This document shows positions 36,258 to 48,486 of a stretch of DNA of 64,000 bases, piece after piece. The DNA is from Malacoraja senta (Eukaryota). The stretch covers positions 21,020,001 to 21,084,000 of the forward strand of contig CM075988.1 in the NCBI GenBank assembly GCA_038087875.1, in the 5' to 3' direction. A model generated the notes under the pieces. It saw only the letters and a list, made by a program, of their open reading frames with translations. It ran no database searches and had not been told where the DNA came from. Made by a program: the position numbers and the translations under genes. The stretch's first letter is position 1. The number at the start of each line of letters is the position of its first letter.

Positions 36258-36620
36258 GGAGAAGGAAGGGGGGGGGGAAGAGGAAGAAGGGGGGGATGAG
36301 GAAGAGAAGGGGGGAAGAGGAAGAGGGGGTGGGGAAGAGGAAGAGGGGGAAAGAGGAAGAGGGGGGAAGAGGAAGGGGGGGGAAGAAGAAGAGGGTGGGC
36401 AAGAGGAAGAGGGGGTGGAAGAGGAAGGGGGGGAAGAAGAAGAGGGTGGGCAAGAGGAAGAGGGGGAAGAGGAAGGGGGGGAGGGGAAGAGGAAGAGGAA
36501 GAGGGGGGGAAGAGGAAGAGGTTGGGGGGGGAGAGGAAGAGGGGGGGAAGAGGAAGAGGGTGGGGAAGAGGGGGGGAAGAGGAAGAGGGGGGGAAAGAGG
36601 AAGAGGGGTGGAAAGGATGG
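36258..36620. repeat. Polypurine (GA-rich) low-complexity expansion inside a minus-strand Penelope-like 3' region (about 36138-36870)
   Basis: GGAAGAGGAAGAGGGGG-type units. Confidence 0.9.
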
Positions 36621-39600
36621 GAAGGGATGGGGCAAAGCCTGACAAATGGATGCAGATGAGGATGATTAGCAGATGGATGGAGTCAATGACAAAGGGTAGA
36701 GGTGACAGAAGGGTGTCGGATAGGAAAAGGGGAAATGTAAAGTTGGAGTTAGGGATATGGGTGGAAGGCGACGAGGGAGGGGAAAGAGGTGGGATAAAAG
36801 GGAGATGGGGAACTCGGGGGGAGATGGGCGTAGGGAGGAGGCGAGAGGAGCAGGGTGACTGGGGGCGACGAAGTAGTAAAAGTTCAAGTTTGAGTTACAT
36901 TTAATGCCACATGCACCAATTGGTACACTGATTTGTGGTAAAATATGTGGTGATTAGAATTTGACACTGAACTCCTTCAAGCGTAGTCTTAGTTTAGTTT
37001 CGAGATACAGCCCCTGTTGGAAACAGGCCCTTTGGCCCACGGACTCCGCGCCAACCAGCGACCGCCCGAACACTGGTTCTACCCTACACACACTAGGGAC
37101 AATTTACAGAAGCCGACCAAACCTGTGTACACGTCTTTGGAATGTGCGAGGAAACCGGAGCAACCGGGGAAAACCTACGCAGGTCACAGGGGAGAAGGTC
37201 AAAACTCCGTACAGCCAGCACCCGTGGTCAGGATCGAACCCGGGTCTCCGGCGCTGTGAGGCAGCAACACCACTGGCCACCTCACTGTGTACATGTTGTT
37301 ACCTGAAACCCCTTTATCAGCACTGCCGTGTACTTTCCTTGAGGTACAGTGATTTTTAAAAAATAGAAGCGATCTGATTTACCGCTTTTCTTCATCATCC
37401 TCAACGCCGCAAATACAATCACTCCTAACTTTTCCATAAGGTTACATATCTCCAACCAACAGGATCGACACAAAAAGCTGGAGTAACTCAGCGGGTCAAA
37501 GACAGCATCTCTGGAGAAAAGGAATGGGTGACGTTTCGGGTCGAGACACTTTTCAAAGGAAAAATCTAGTCTCCTTTTTCGGCGTCACCTGTAGCTTTGG
37601 GCTGTCCTGGAGCAGAGGGGGGGGGAGGATTCTTTGTGTCTGCGTCTCTCTGGGGCACGGGGAGATGGGAGGGGGTGGGGGGGGGAGGCGCCAGGCTGGT
37701 TGGGCTTCTCCCTGCAGAGCTGAGTGAGGGCAGGCGCGCCGTACCGTAACGCAGACAGGAGGCCTGGAGCTCATCACCTGTCTGCTCGTCTGTCTGGGGA
37801 TCGTGTGTGTGGCACCGGGGAAGCCTTTTCTGTCGAGCAAAGGAGAGGCACCAATTAATTAAAATGCTGCGGTCTCATTGTTCAGCTCAACCAGGGTGTG
37901 TAAAATCTATGCCCTGTAATCTATGGTCTATGATTGAGACCCTTCTTCAGACTGATGTGGGGGTGGGGGTTGGGGGGGGGGGCAGCAAGACCCCGAAACT
38001 TTACCTATTCCTTCGCTCCATAGATGTTGCCTCACCCGCTGAGTTCCTCCAGCATTTTTGTCTACCATCGATTTTTCCAGCATATCCGTGGTGTATTATT
38101 GCTGATGAAACGATGGTGTGCGTGTGCGTGTACATGTGCACGGTTCAGAAAGGGTGAGAGCAACTTCAACGGCCCAAAGCTCCCAACGGAATAAATAAAA
38201 ATAAACCGAAACGTCACCCATTCCTTCTCCCCCAGAGGTGCTGCCTGTCCCGCTGAGTTACTCCAGCTTTTTGTGTCGATCTGACAATGATTACAATCGG
38301 CAGCAAGAGCTTTGTTGCTTTTGCAGCGAGTGAATGGTCACCACTTACAGTGGGGCCACAGCCAGACATATTGAGTAGTTTGGAAGCACTATGATTTAGT
38401 AAAATCCTGGGTCATGGTTGGGCACAGTTGAAGTGTGGCCTAGTCTCGTTTGTGCTAAACAGAGTAAAAAACATCCAATATCCCGTCACGGCAGATCAAT
38501 ACCAAAGGTGTTTGAAAGCTAAAAACCCTCACCCACCTACCAGCTGCATTACACGTTGACCTGCGGTGTAAACACTGACACCACGGGACCAAAACGCTGC
38601 ATCTGCTTGCAAATCCGAGATAAATTGGGGGGGTAAAAATCACTGGAAATGCTCAGCAGGTCAGTCCGCATCTGTGGAGAGAGGACACATAGAGTCATAG
38701 AGTGATACAGCGTGGGAACTGTCCCATCAGCCCAACCTGCCCACACCGACCAACATGCCCCATCTACACACTAGCCCCACCTGCCTGCATTTGCCCCATA
38801 TCCCTGTAAACCTATCCCATCTATGTACCTGTCTAAATATTTCTTAAACGTTACCTGCCTGCTACCTGCCTCAACCACCTCCTCCGGCAGCTCGTTCCAT
38901 GCACCCACCACCCTTTGTGTAAAAAAAAAAAAAAATTACCCCTCGGGTCCCTATTAAATCTTTGCCCGCTTACCTTAAACATATGTCTCCTTGTTCTCGG
39001 TTCCCCTACTCTGGCCAAGAGACTCTGTGCGTTTACCCGATCTACTCCTCCCATCTGGTCTTGTAGCCGTCTAGCATGTAGGTACCCCGTGGTTTTGGAA
39101 TAAATCGGGTTGGTTCCAACGTTCTCTTTTTGAATTAACGATGTGTGCAGGTGAGTGGACATGAGATTAATAATGAACGAGCTGGTCTCAGATAGAACTG
39201 TGATGTGCAGAGGCCCTGAGACAGAATTACTGATCACAAGTGGGAACGTACGATGCTGACTAAAGATTGAAGATATCGCATTTCCAGTCATCAGAAATGG
39301 CTGTTGTCTGCTGCACATACAAATCAATTTCATTTAGTTTGAAGGTTATACGTTTCTCTGAGGCGGCAGGTATATTTCAGAGAGAGGGAGGGGAGAGAGA
39401 GAGAGATTTAACTGCATTCAAGCAAACATTTGTGGTAAAAGAAAGCCAATTGTAAGGATGGAGGTAAACCAATTGCAAGGTGAGGCAGCATCTATGGATG
39501 GAAGGATAGATGCTCCATAGATGCTGCCTCACCCGCTGAGTTTTCTCCAGAATTTTTATCTACCTTCGATTTTTCCAGCATCTGCAGTTCCTTCTTAAAC

Positions 39601-40207
39601 AGATGAGCAGCCTATCTGTTTGCACGCATGGTGTCCCATGCAGTACTGTTATATTAGCTTAGTTTAATTTAGTAATCCAGTGTGGAAACAGGCCCTTCGA
39701 CCCATAGAGTTGTACGCCAACCAACAATCACCCAGGCACTGGAAATGGGTCTTGACCCGGAACGCCACCCTTTCCTTGTCTCCAGAGATGCTGCGTGTCC
39801 CGCTGAGTTACTCCAGCTTTTTGTGTCTATCTTCGGTTTAAACCAGCATCTGCTGTTCCTTCCTACACCCATACACTAGTTGTATGTTGTCCCAGTTCAC
39901 ATCCGACACACCTGGGGCCAATGAACCCCACGCCGATCACCGATCACCCGTTGAGATCATTTCTATGTTATCCCGCTGTGTCACCTACTCCCGACACATT
40001 TTACAGAGGGCCAATTAACCTACAAACACGGACTGGAGCACCCGGAGGAAACCCACGCGGTCACAGGGAGGACGTGCATACTCCACACAGACAGCACCCG
40101 AGGTCAGGATCGATCCCGGGTCTCAGACGCTGTGAGGCATCGGCTCAAGTAGCTGTGCCGCTGTATTGCCCTTATGTTTGGTGGGAAATATTTTCCCTTC
40201 ATCAGAA

Positions 40208-40507
40208 CTTTAGTTTAGAGATCCGGAAACATGCCCTTCAGCCCACTGAGCCCGCGCCGACCAATGATACCCCCACACTGACACCATTCTACGCACACTA
40301 GGGATAATTGACAATTTTGCCAAGCCAATTAACTTTACAAACCTATAACAGAGTGTGGGGGGGATCCGGAGCTCGGGGAAAAAAAACCCACGCAGGTCAC
40401 GGGGAGAACGTACAAACTCCGTACCCACAACGCCCGTAGTCAGGATCGAACCTGGGTCTCTGGCGCTGTAAGGCAGCAACTCTACCGCTGCGCCACCGTG
40501 CCGCCCT
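40208..40507 (-). mobile_element. HE1-type SINE (further copies at about 36990-37290 -, 39655-40170 -, 40985-41216 +, 43075-43365 -, 44750-45017 -)
   Basis: Same head, core and tail. Confidence 0.85.
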
Positions 40508-41835
40508 CAACTCCAGACCTAAGTAAGATTAGTATTTAACATGAAGGAGCAGTGCTTTGCAATTTGTATGTTATTAGAAACTATGTCAGATGCTTTTGAT
40601 TTTTTAAATTTGATAACTTAATGTGTTCGAATCCTTTTGGATATCCAAGTTTAACAGACCAGCAGGATTTGGGTGACTTAATAAAATCTGACAGTACTAA
40701 TAGATAGTTTCTCACTTTATTTGCTCTGGGTAATTAAATAGTACGGTGGAAACTTTGATGGCATTTGCAATTAGAATTGTGGATTCTTTGTTGATCATGT
40801 ATCATAATGTGGAATTATTTCATATTTAAAGAATTTAAATCAAAATGCCCGGGGAATGGAATTTTAATTTCTGGTTGCCTCCATATTAGAATTAGCGCTG
40901 TCAAGGCAGCTTATCACTGGTGCATTTAATGATGAAGCCTGCTGGTGAGAGATAATGACAGCTCGGCGTAAACAGCCAGCAATACGGCACGGCTGTGCAG
41001 CGGTAGAGTTGCTGCCTCACAGCGCCAGAGACCCAGGTTCGATCCTGACTACGGGTGCTGTCTGTACGGAGTTTGCACGTTCTCCCCGTGACCGAGTGGG
41101 TTTTCCCCGGGTGCTCCGGTTTCATCTCACACTCCAAAGACGTACAGGTTTGTGGGTTAAGGGTAGAGTTAGTGTGAGGGGATCACTGATCGGTGCAGAC
41201 TCGTTGTATCTCTAAATGTCGCCGAAAAAAATCGCCAAGTGGGACAGACCCTTGAGTTTGTGGAATAAATAGGGTTGGTACCAGGCCATCCCTTTCCTTT
41301 ATTTAATTAACAGTGTGTGCAGGTGAGAGAGTGAACATTAGATTAATAATGAATTTATTAACAGATAGAGGCGCGTGAATACTAATGCACTAAAGTATAA
41401 TGTGGGGAAAAGATTGAAGATATTACATTTCCAGTCATCAGAAGTGATGTTTGCCGCACATACAAATCAATTTAATTTACTTTTAAGATTATCCGTTTCT
41501 CTGGGGCGACAGGTATATATATTTCACAGAGAGAGATTTAAATCTGCGTTCAAAGTGAAATTTGTTATTAAAAGAAACTCAATTGTAAGGCGGGGAATAA
41601 ACCATCACAGATGAGCAGCCGATCCACGTGCACGCGTGTTGGCGAGTGCAGTCACACGCGTGTGATGAGACGGCTCTCAGGTAGGTCGGGCTCGGGCTTT
41701 ATTTTCCCCCCCCCCCCGGAAGGGGCGTTACCTTCATCGCGGTGAATTATCACCTGCTTCATTGGTGACCATCGGACTATCCTTGTACATGGTTTGCTGG
41801 CTTTACCTTGCACGGAACGCATTTTGGGACCTCGA

Positions 41836-42575
41836 ACAAGGGCAGGACCTACACAGTAAATGGTAGTCCTCTGGGTAGTGTTGTAGAGCAGAGGGATCTA
41901 GGAGCACAAGTGCATGGTTCCATGAAGGTCGAGTCGTAGGTAGATAAGGTGGTCAAAAAGGCTTTTGGCACTTTAGCCTTCATCAGTCAGAGTGTTGAGT
42001 ATAGAAGTTGGGAGGTCACGTTGCAATTGTATAAGACCGCATTTAGAATATTGTGTTCAGTTCTGGGCACCATGTTATAGGAAAGATATTGTCAAGCTTG
42101 AATGGGTTCAGAAAAGATTTACGAGGATGTTGCCAGGACTAGAGGGTGTGAGCTATAGGGAGAGGTTGAGTAGGCTGGGACTCTATTCCATGGAGCGTAG
42201 GAGGATGAGGGGTGATCTTATAGAGGTGTACAAAATCATGAGAGGAATAGATTGGTAGATGCACAGAGTCTTTTACCCAGAGTAGGGGAATCGAGGACCA
42301 GAGGACATAGGTTCAAGGTGAAGTGGAAAATATTTAATGGGAATCCAAGGGGTAAATTATTCACACAGAGGGTGGTGGGTGTATGGAACAAACTGTCAGA
42401 GGAGGTAGTTGAGGCTGGGACAATCCCATCGTTAAGGAACAGTTGGACAGGTACACGGATAGGACAGGTTTGGAGGGTTATGGACCAAGCGTAGGCAAGT
42501 GGGTCTAGTGTAGCTGGGACATTGTTGGCTGGTGTGGGCGAGTTGGGCCAAAGAGCTTATTTCCACACTGTATCT
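41836..42575 (+). mobile_element. CR1/HER1-type LINE 3' fragment
   Basis: RPHLEYCVQFWAP..RRRMRGDLIEVYKIMRG..TRGHRFKV. Confidence 0.9.
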
Positions 42576-43992
42576 ACACACTGTAAATGGCTCGATTGTA
42601 ATCATGCATTGTCTTTGCGCTGACTGGTTAGCACGCAACAAAAGCTCTTCACTGTACCTCGGTACACGGGACAATAAACGAAACTGATTTGATTGAACTG
42701 AACTTGGCACATTCCCAATAGCCCTGAAATAAAGGACAATGCAATTTGAAAATGCAGTTAAATCAATAGTGAGATATTCAGATTCTTATTTTATCTCAGC
42801 AGTAGTTAGTGCATATTAATGACTGATACATCTTGCTCTAAAGAAACAGCGTTTGTCTAATTTTATTTATTCTACTTGAGAAGTGTTTTTATGCAACTTG
42901 GGTTCCAAAGTTAATCTGGTTTTATTGTATTTTGCCAGGAACCATTGCATTAAAATGAAAATCAATATTGAAATATGCTGCTGAAGTGAGTGAGTAATCC
43001 CACAATCTGTATTTCACTTCTGATTATCAATGGCGCGAACAAAAAAAACTTTCAATTTGCCACAAGTAAGCTGGCTTTAGACTTTAGATATAACGCGTGG
43101 AAACAGGCCCTTTGGCTCACCGAGTCCGCGCCGACCAGCCATCCCCGTACCCTAGCATTATTCTACCCACTCAGGACAATTTACAGAAGTCAACTGACTC
43201 ACAAACCTTTGGAGTGTGGGAATAAACCGGAGCACCCGGAGAAAAACTCCCACGGTCACAGGGAGAACGTACAGATTCCGTACAGACAGCACCCGTAGTC
43301 AGGATCGAACCCGGGTCCCTGGCGCAGTGAGGCAGCAACTCTACCGCTGCGCCACCGTGCCGCCACCTTTCTTTAATTAATAAGTAACATGTGAAAATAC
43401 ATCCCATTCTCTGCTTCACTGCGTTTAGAAATGGAAGCATAGATTGAATTTTAGAATCAAATTCAAGTTGTAAAAGGGGAGGATGAAGAGTATTATGAAG
43501 GAGTTGAGAAAGGCATTGGGACATCCAGGTCAGCATGGACGAGATGGGCCGAAGGGCTTGTTTCCGTGTTGTATGACTCTAAATCTAACTGTCGGTTTAG
43601 GTAAGACAAGGAACTGCAGATGAGTGACTCTAGCTGAGGGTCCCGACCCAAAACGTCACCCATCCATTTTCTCCAGAGATGATGCCTGACCCCGCTGAGT
43701 TACTCCAGCACTTTGTGTCTTTTTTATTTTCGGTGTAAACCAGCATCTGCAGTTCCTTTCTGTACAATTCAGTTCCGTCTCAGTTTCAGTTTATTGTCAC
43801 GTGTACTGAGGTGCGGTGGGAAGCTTTTGTCGCGTGCTGACCGGCCATCGGAAAGACAACACAAGCCCGAAACGTTGCCTATTTCCTTCGCTCCATAGAT
43901 GCTGCTGCACCCGCTGAGTTTCTCCAGCATTTTTGTGTACCCACAAGATTACATTCGCAGTGTACAGATACATGATAAGGCAGCGACATTAA

Positions 43993-44318
43993 AGGGCCTG
44001 TCCCACTTACGCGATTTTTTTCGGCGACTTGCCGGCACCCGTCATAGTCGCAGCAGTTTGCCGAAAATTCTCAACATGTTCAAAATCCAGCCGCGACCAG
44101 AAAAAGGTACGACTCTTTGAGCGACTACTCACGACCATACAGGCGGTGTGTGTGTGACATGTCGCGGGGTGACGCCAGTATGGTCGTGAGCAGCCGCCCA
44201 AAGAGTCGTTCCTTTTTCTGGTCGCTGCTGGATTTTGAACATGTTGAGAGTTTTCAGCGACCTGCTGCGACTATGACGGGTGCCGGCAAGTCACCGAAAA
44301 AATCGCGTAAGTGGGACA
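43993..44318. mobile_element. Harbinger-type MITE subfamily B, almost fully palindromic
   Basis: TAA|AGGGCCTGTCCCACTTACGCG.. with about 150-bp imperfect inverted arms; right tip missing; another right-end fragment at about 41218-41252. Confidence 0.85.
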
Positions 44319-45231
44319 ATTTGTGTCTTTTGTTGGTTTCGGCGATTTGTGGAATCTCCACCTTGGTCGCCCGGTACGACTTTGACTTCACTGGCTCTTG
44401 GCAAAGTGTGTAGCGACCCGGCCTGTGTGAAGTTGCCATGTTGAGCTCTAAGTGAGCAAGTCATTAGCCAACAGACTAAAGGTTCCACCCACTGCTCTTG
44501 GAGAGAGCGGGTGGACGCAGTTACTGTCTCCTCTCAGTGACCTTCCCTGCACCGTTACTGCCAGATGTGCGCCAGATGCAGGGGGTCCCATTCCTTCTGG
44601 GACCCTGCTGTTCACTTGGCAAGGTTAAAGCAGAAGGCAGGAAAGCCATCTGTCTTCACAGGTTCCATGTGTAGGAAGGAACTGCAGATGCTGGTTTACA
44701 TCGAAGACAACTGCTTGTCTTTGCACTAGTTTTCAGTTTGTTTCTTTTAAGTTTGAGAGATACAGCGTGGAAATGGGAGCTTCGGACCACCGAGTCCGCG
44801 CCGATCACCTCTACACCAGTTCTATCCTACACCTTAGGGACAATTTACAGGAGCCAATTGACTTGCAAACCTGCACGTCTTTGGAACGTGTGAGGAAACC
44901 GGAGCACCCGGAGAAAACCCACGTCATCACAGGGAGGACGTACAGACAGCACCTGTTGTCAGGATAGAACCAGGTTCTTTGGCGCTGTGAGGCAGCAACT
45001 CTACGCTGTGCCGCCCTTACACTACTGTATGGCTTGATTGTTCTCGTGGACGGCATGATTTGATTTGACTGGATCAGACTTTCCTGACCCCGAACACTAT
45101 CTGTCCATTTCCTTCCACAGATGCTGCCTGACCTGCTGAGGTCCTCCAGCACTTTGTGTTTTGCCTAAGAGTCCAGCAGCTGCAGTTCATTGTGTCTGCA
45201 GAGCTTTGCACTGTACATCGGCATGCGACGA

Positions 45232-45828
45232 TTCTTCTGCAGTTGTATAGGGCTCTGGTGAGACCACATCTGGAGTATTGCGTACAGTTTTGGTCTCCTA
45301 ATTTGAGGAAGGACATCCTTGTGATTGAGGCAGTGCAGCGTAGGTTCACGAGATTGATCCCTGGGATGGCGGGACTGTCATATGAGGAAAGATTGAAAAG
45401 ACTAGGCTTGTATTCACTGGAGTTTAGAAGGATGAGGGGGGATCTTATAGAAACATATAAAATTATAAAAGGACGGGACAAGCTAGATTCAGGAAAAATG
45501 TCCCCAATGTTGGGCGAGTCCAGAACCAGGGGCCACAGTCTTAGAACAAAGGGGAGGCCATTTAAGACTGAGGTGAGAAAAACCTTTTTCTCCCAGAGAG
45601 TTGTGAATTTGTGGAATTCCCTGCCACAGAGGGCAGTGGAGGCCAAATCACTGGATGGATTTAAGAGAGAGTTAGATAGAGCTCTAGGGGCTAGTGGAAT
45701 CAAGGGATATTGGGAGAAGGCAGGCACGGGTTATTGATTGGGGACGATCAGCCATGATCACAATGAATGGCGGTGCTGGCTCGAAGGGTCTCCTCCTGCA
45801 CCTATTTTCTATGTTTATATGTTTCTAT
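45232..45828 (+). mobile_element. CR1/HER1-type LINE 3' fragment
   Basis: Uninterrupted RT C-terminal frame LLQLYRALVRPHLEYC..AGTGY*. Confidence 0.93.
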
Positions 45829-46171
45829 GATAATAAACCATACCAGTGCCAAACAGACATGAGAAACCATTATCCGAATAAAATCGCTCACGTTTTTGCT
45901 TGTTGGGCTAATGCTACCACTGCAGACAGATTTGAGATTCTGGCATCTTTGGAATAAAATTACTTGGTTCAGTTCCCAAGGCAGTTTTAAATTGCTGCAA
46001 CTGTATGTGCAGTCTTGCACTGAGTCTGTGACAAGATTTTATCAGCCAGGTGTTTGCTTAATTTTACAAAGCAAAGTCATTCTAATTTTCCTGGGTGACT
46101 AATAATCACAATTAAATACCTATGGAAGCTGTTCATGTGCAATAATATAACAATTTTAATTTAACAAGCCA

Positions 46172-46184
46172 GGGAAAGTGAAAC
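46172..46184 (+). promoter_or_regulatory. ISRE/IRF-E consensus match
   Basis: GGGAAAGTGAAAC in unique AT-rich sequence; motif match only. Confidence 0.3.
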
Positions 46185-46304
46185 GGGATCGAGGCTCACA
46201 CAAAAACAAATCAGGGCTGAACGCTATTTTAATATTCCCTCGGGCCAATGCATGCCCCTGGTTGCAGGAGAAAAATAAATGGATTTGAATTTATACGTGT
46301 TGAG

Positions 46305-46481
46305 TATCTGTGTGTGTTCGTGTGCATCTGTGAGTGTGTGTGAGTGTGTGTTCATCTGTGTGTGTGTGTGTGTGTGTGTGTGCATCAGTGTGTGTGTGTG
46401 CATCTGTGTGTGTGTGTGCATCTGTGTGTGTGTGAATGTGTGTGTGTGTGTGTGTGTGAATGTGTGTGTGTGTGTGTGTGA

Positions 46482-46523
<42 letters not shown>

Positions 46524-46615
46524 ATCTGTGTGTGTGTGTGCATCTGTGTGTGTGTGTGCATCTGTGGGTGTGTGAATGTGTGTGTGTGTGTGAATGTGTG
46601 TGTGTGTGTGTGTGA

Positions 46616-46654
<39 letters not shown>

Positions 46655-46685
46655 TGTGTTCATCTGTGTGTGTGTGTGTGTGCAT

Positions 46686-46722
<37 letters not shown>

Positions 46723-47330
46723 CATCTGTGTGTGTGAATGTGTGTGTGTGTGTGTGTTCATCTGTGTGTGTGTGAATGTGTGTGTGTGTGTGTGTGTGAA
46801 TGTGTGTTCATCTGTGTGTGTGTGTGTGTGTGTGCATCAGTGTGGTGTGTGTGTGTGTGTGTGTGCATGAATGTGTGTTCATCTGTGTGTGTGTGCACGT
46901 GCATCTGTGAATGTGTGTTCATTTGTGAGTGTGTGTGTGTGTGTGAATGTGTTCATCTGTGTGTGCATCAGTGTGTGTGTGTGTGTGTGTGTCTGAGTGT
47001 GAGCCTGTCTGAGTGTATGTGTGTCTGTTCAGTGTATTTATGTGTCTTGAGTGTGTAAGTCAGTGTATGTGTGTGTCTGGGTGTGCATCTGTGTGAGTGT
47101 GCATCTGTGTATGCATATGTGCGTGTGCCTGCGTCTGGGTAAGCATCTGTGTATCTGTGCAACTGTTTGCGCATGTGTGCATGTATTAGTGTCTGGGTGC
47201 TTGCACGTGTGTGTGAGTGGGTACGCGTGGGTATGTGTATCTGTGTGGGTGTGTTTATGTGTGCGTGCGTGTGTAAGCATGCGAGTGTATGCATGAGGGT
47301 GCAATTGTGTATGCGTGTGTGTAGCCACAC
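46305..47330. repeat. (TG)n-derived compound microsatellite with CATC/AA interruptions, decaying rightwards
   Basis: Directly visible; source of the CV/HT ORFs. Confidence 0.97.
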
Positions 47331-47786
47331 CATTTGTTTATCACTGCGACTACAAAGGACTGTAATGGTTCTTTGGGGCCGGAAGCAAATGTTTGAATGT
47401 TTTGTGAAAGGCCTCACAAAGGAAAGTAATTAGCATCCTGTTAAGTGGAAGTGTAAATTGCCGAGAATTACATGGGTTCATTAAAACATTTGGAGTATCG
47501 GCAAGACCGCTTGAATGTTCCCACCCTCGCATCCCTCGAGGAGAATAGCTTTCGCATGAGTGACAACAAACTGTCCAGTGACAGTAATTTGGAAACAGGA
47601 GTTGTCTGTTCAGCTGACTGAACGGTAGAACAGGCTCTGCACTGAAGCTGATCTACACAGAGTCACACAGCCCCGGAAACAGGCCCTTCAGCCCAACCCG
47701 TCTGTGCCGACCAAGATGCCCATCTAAGCTGGGCGCCATTTGCCCATGTTTAGCCCATATCCCTGTAAACATTTCCTATCCATGTA

Positions 47787-48486
47787 CTGAGGGAGTGCAG
47801 CGTAGGTTCACCAGGTTAATTCCCGGGATGGCGGGATTTAAAGCCCTGTCCCACGGTACGAGTTCATTCCAAGAGCTCTCCCGAGTTTAAAAAAAAATCA
47901 AACTCGTGGTAAGCATGGAGAATGAACGTAGCGGGTACGTCGGAGCTCGGGGACGTCTCTTAGCGGCTCGTAACGCTAACGGCAGGTACTCGGGAAGACT
48001 CGCTAACGGCAGGTAAGCTCGGGAAGACTCGAGAAGATTTTTCAACGTTGACAAATGTCCACGAGAGCCCCGAGTACCGACGAGCGGCCATTACCGTAAA
48101 TCTCCGCGTTCGAATCAGGACAGGATGAAAGAATGGATCGACTGGGCCTATATTCGCTGGAATTTAGACGGATGAGAGGGGATCTTATAGAAACACGTAA
48201 GATTCTTAAGGGATTGGACAGGCTAGATGCAGGAAAACTGTTCCCGATGTTGGATGTCCGGAACCAGGGGTCACAGTTTAAGAATAAGGGGTCAGCCATT
48301 TAGGACTGAGATAAGGAAAATCTTTTTCACCCAGAGAGTTGTGAATCTGTGGAAATCTCTGTCACAGAAGGCAGTGGAAGCCAATTCACTGGATATTTTC
48401 AAGAGAGAGTTAGAGGGCCATTAGAGCTCTAATGGCCCTGTCCCACGGTACGAGTTCATTCCAAGAGCTCTCCCGAGTTTGTCCCT
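47787..48486 (+). mobile_element. CR1 LINE fragment with two truncated Harbinger MITE-A pieces (47841-48119, 48433-48486)
   Basis: GCCCTGTCCCACGGTACGAGTTCATTCC termini interrupting LINE sequence. Confidence 0.8.

Noticed and set aside
36192..36904. Glu/Gly-, Arg/Lys- and Pro/Ser-rich ORFs
   Set aside because: Translations of a polypurine low-complexity tract
44319..44413. NLCLLLVSAICGISTLV resembling the gene 1 TM segment
   Set aside because: Frame begins inside a MITE; no acceptor or CD225 loop
46224..47433. Cys-Val and His-Thr repeat ORFs
   Set aside because: Microsatellite translations
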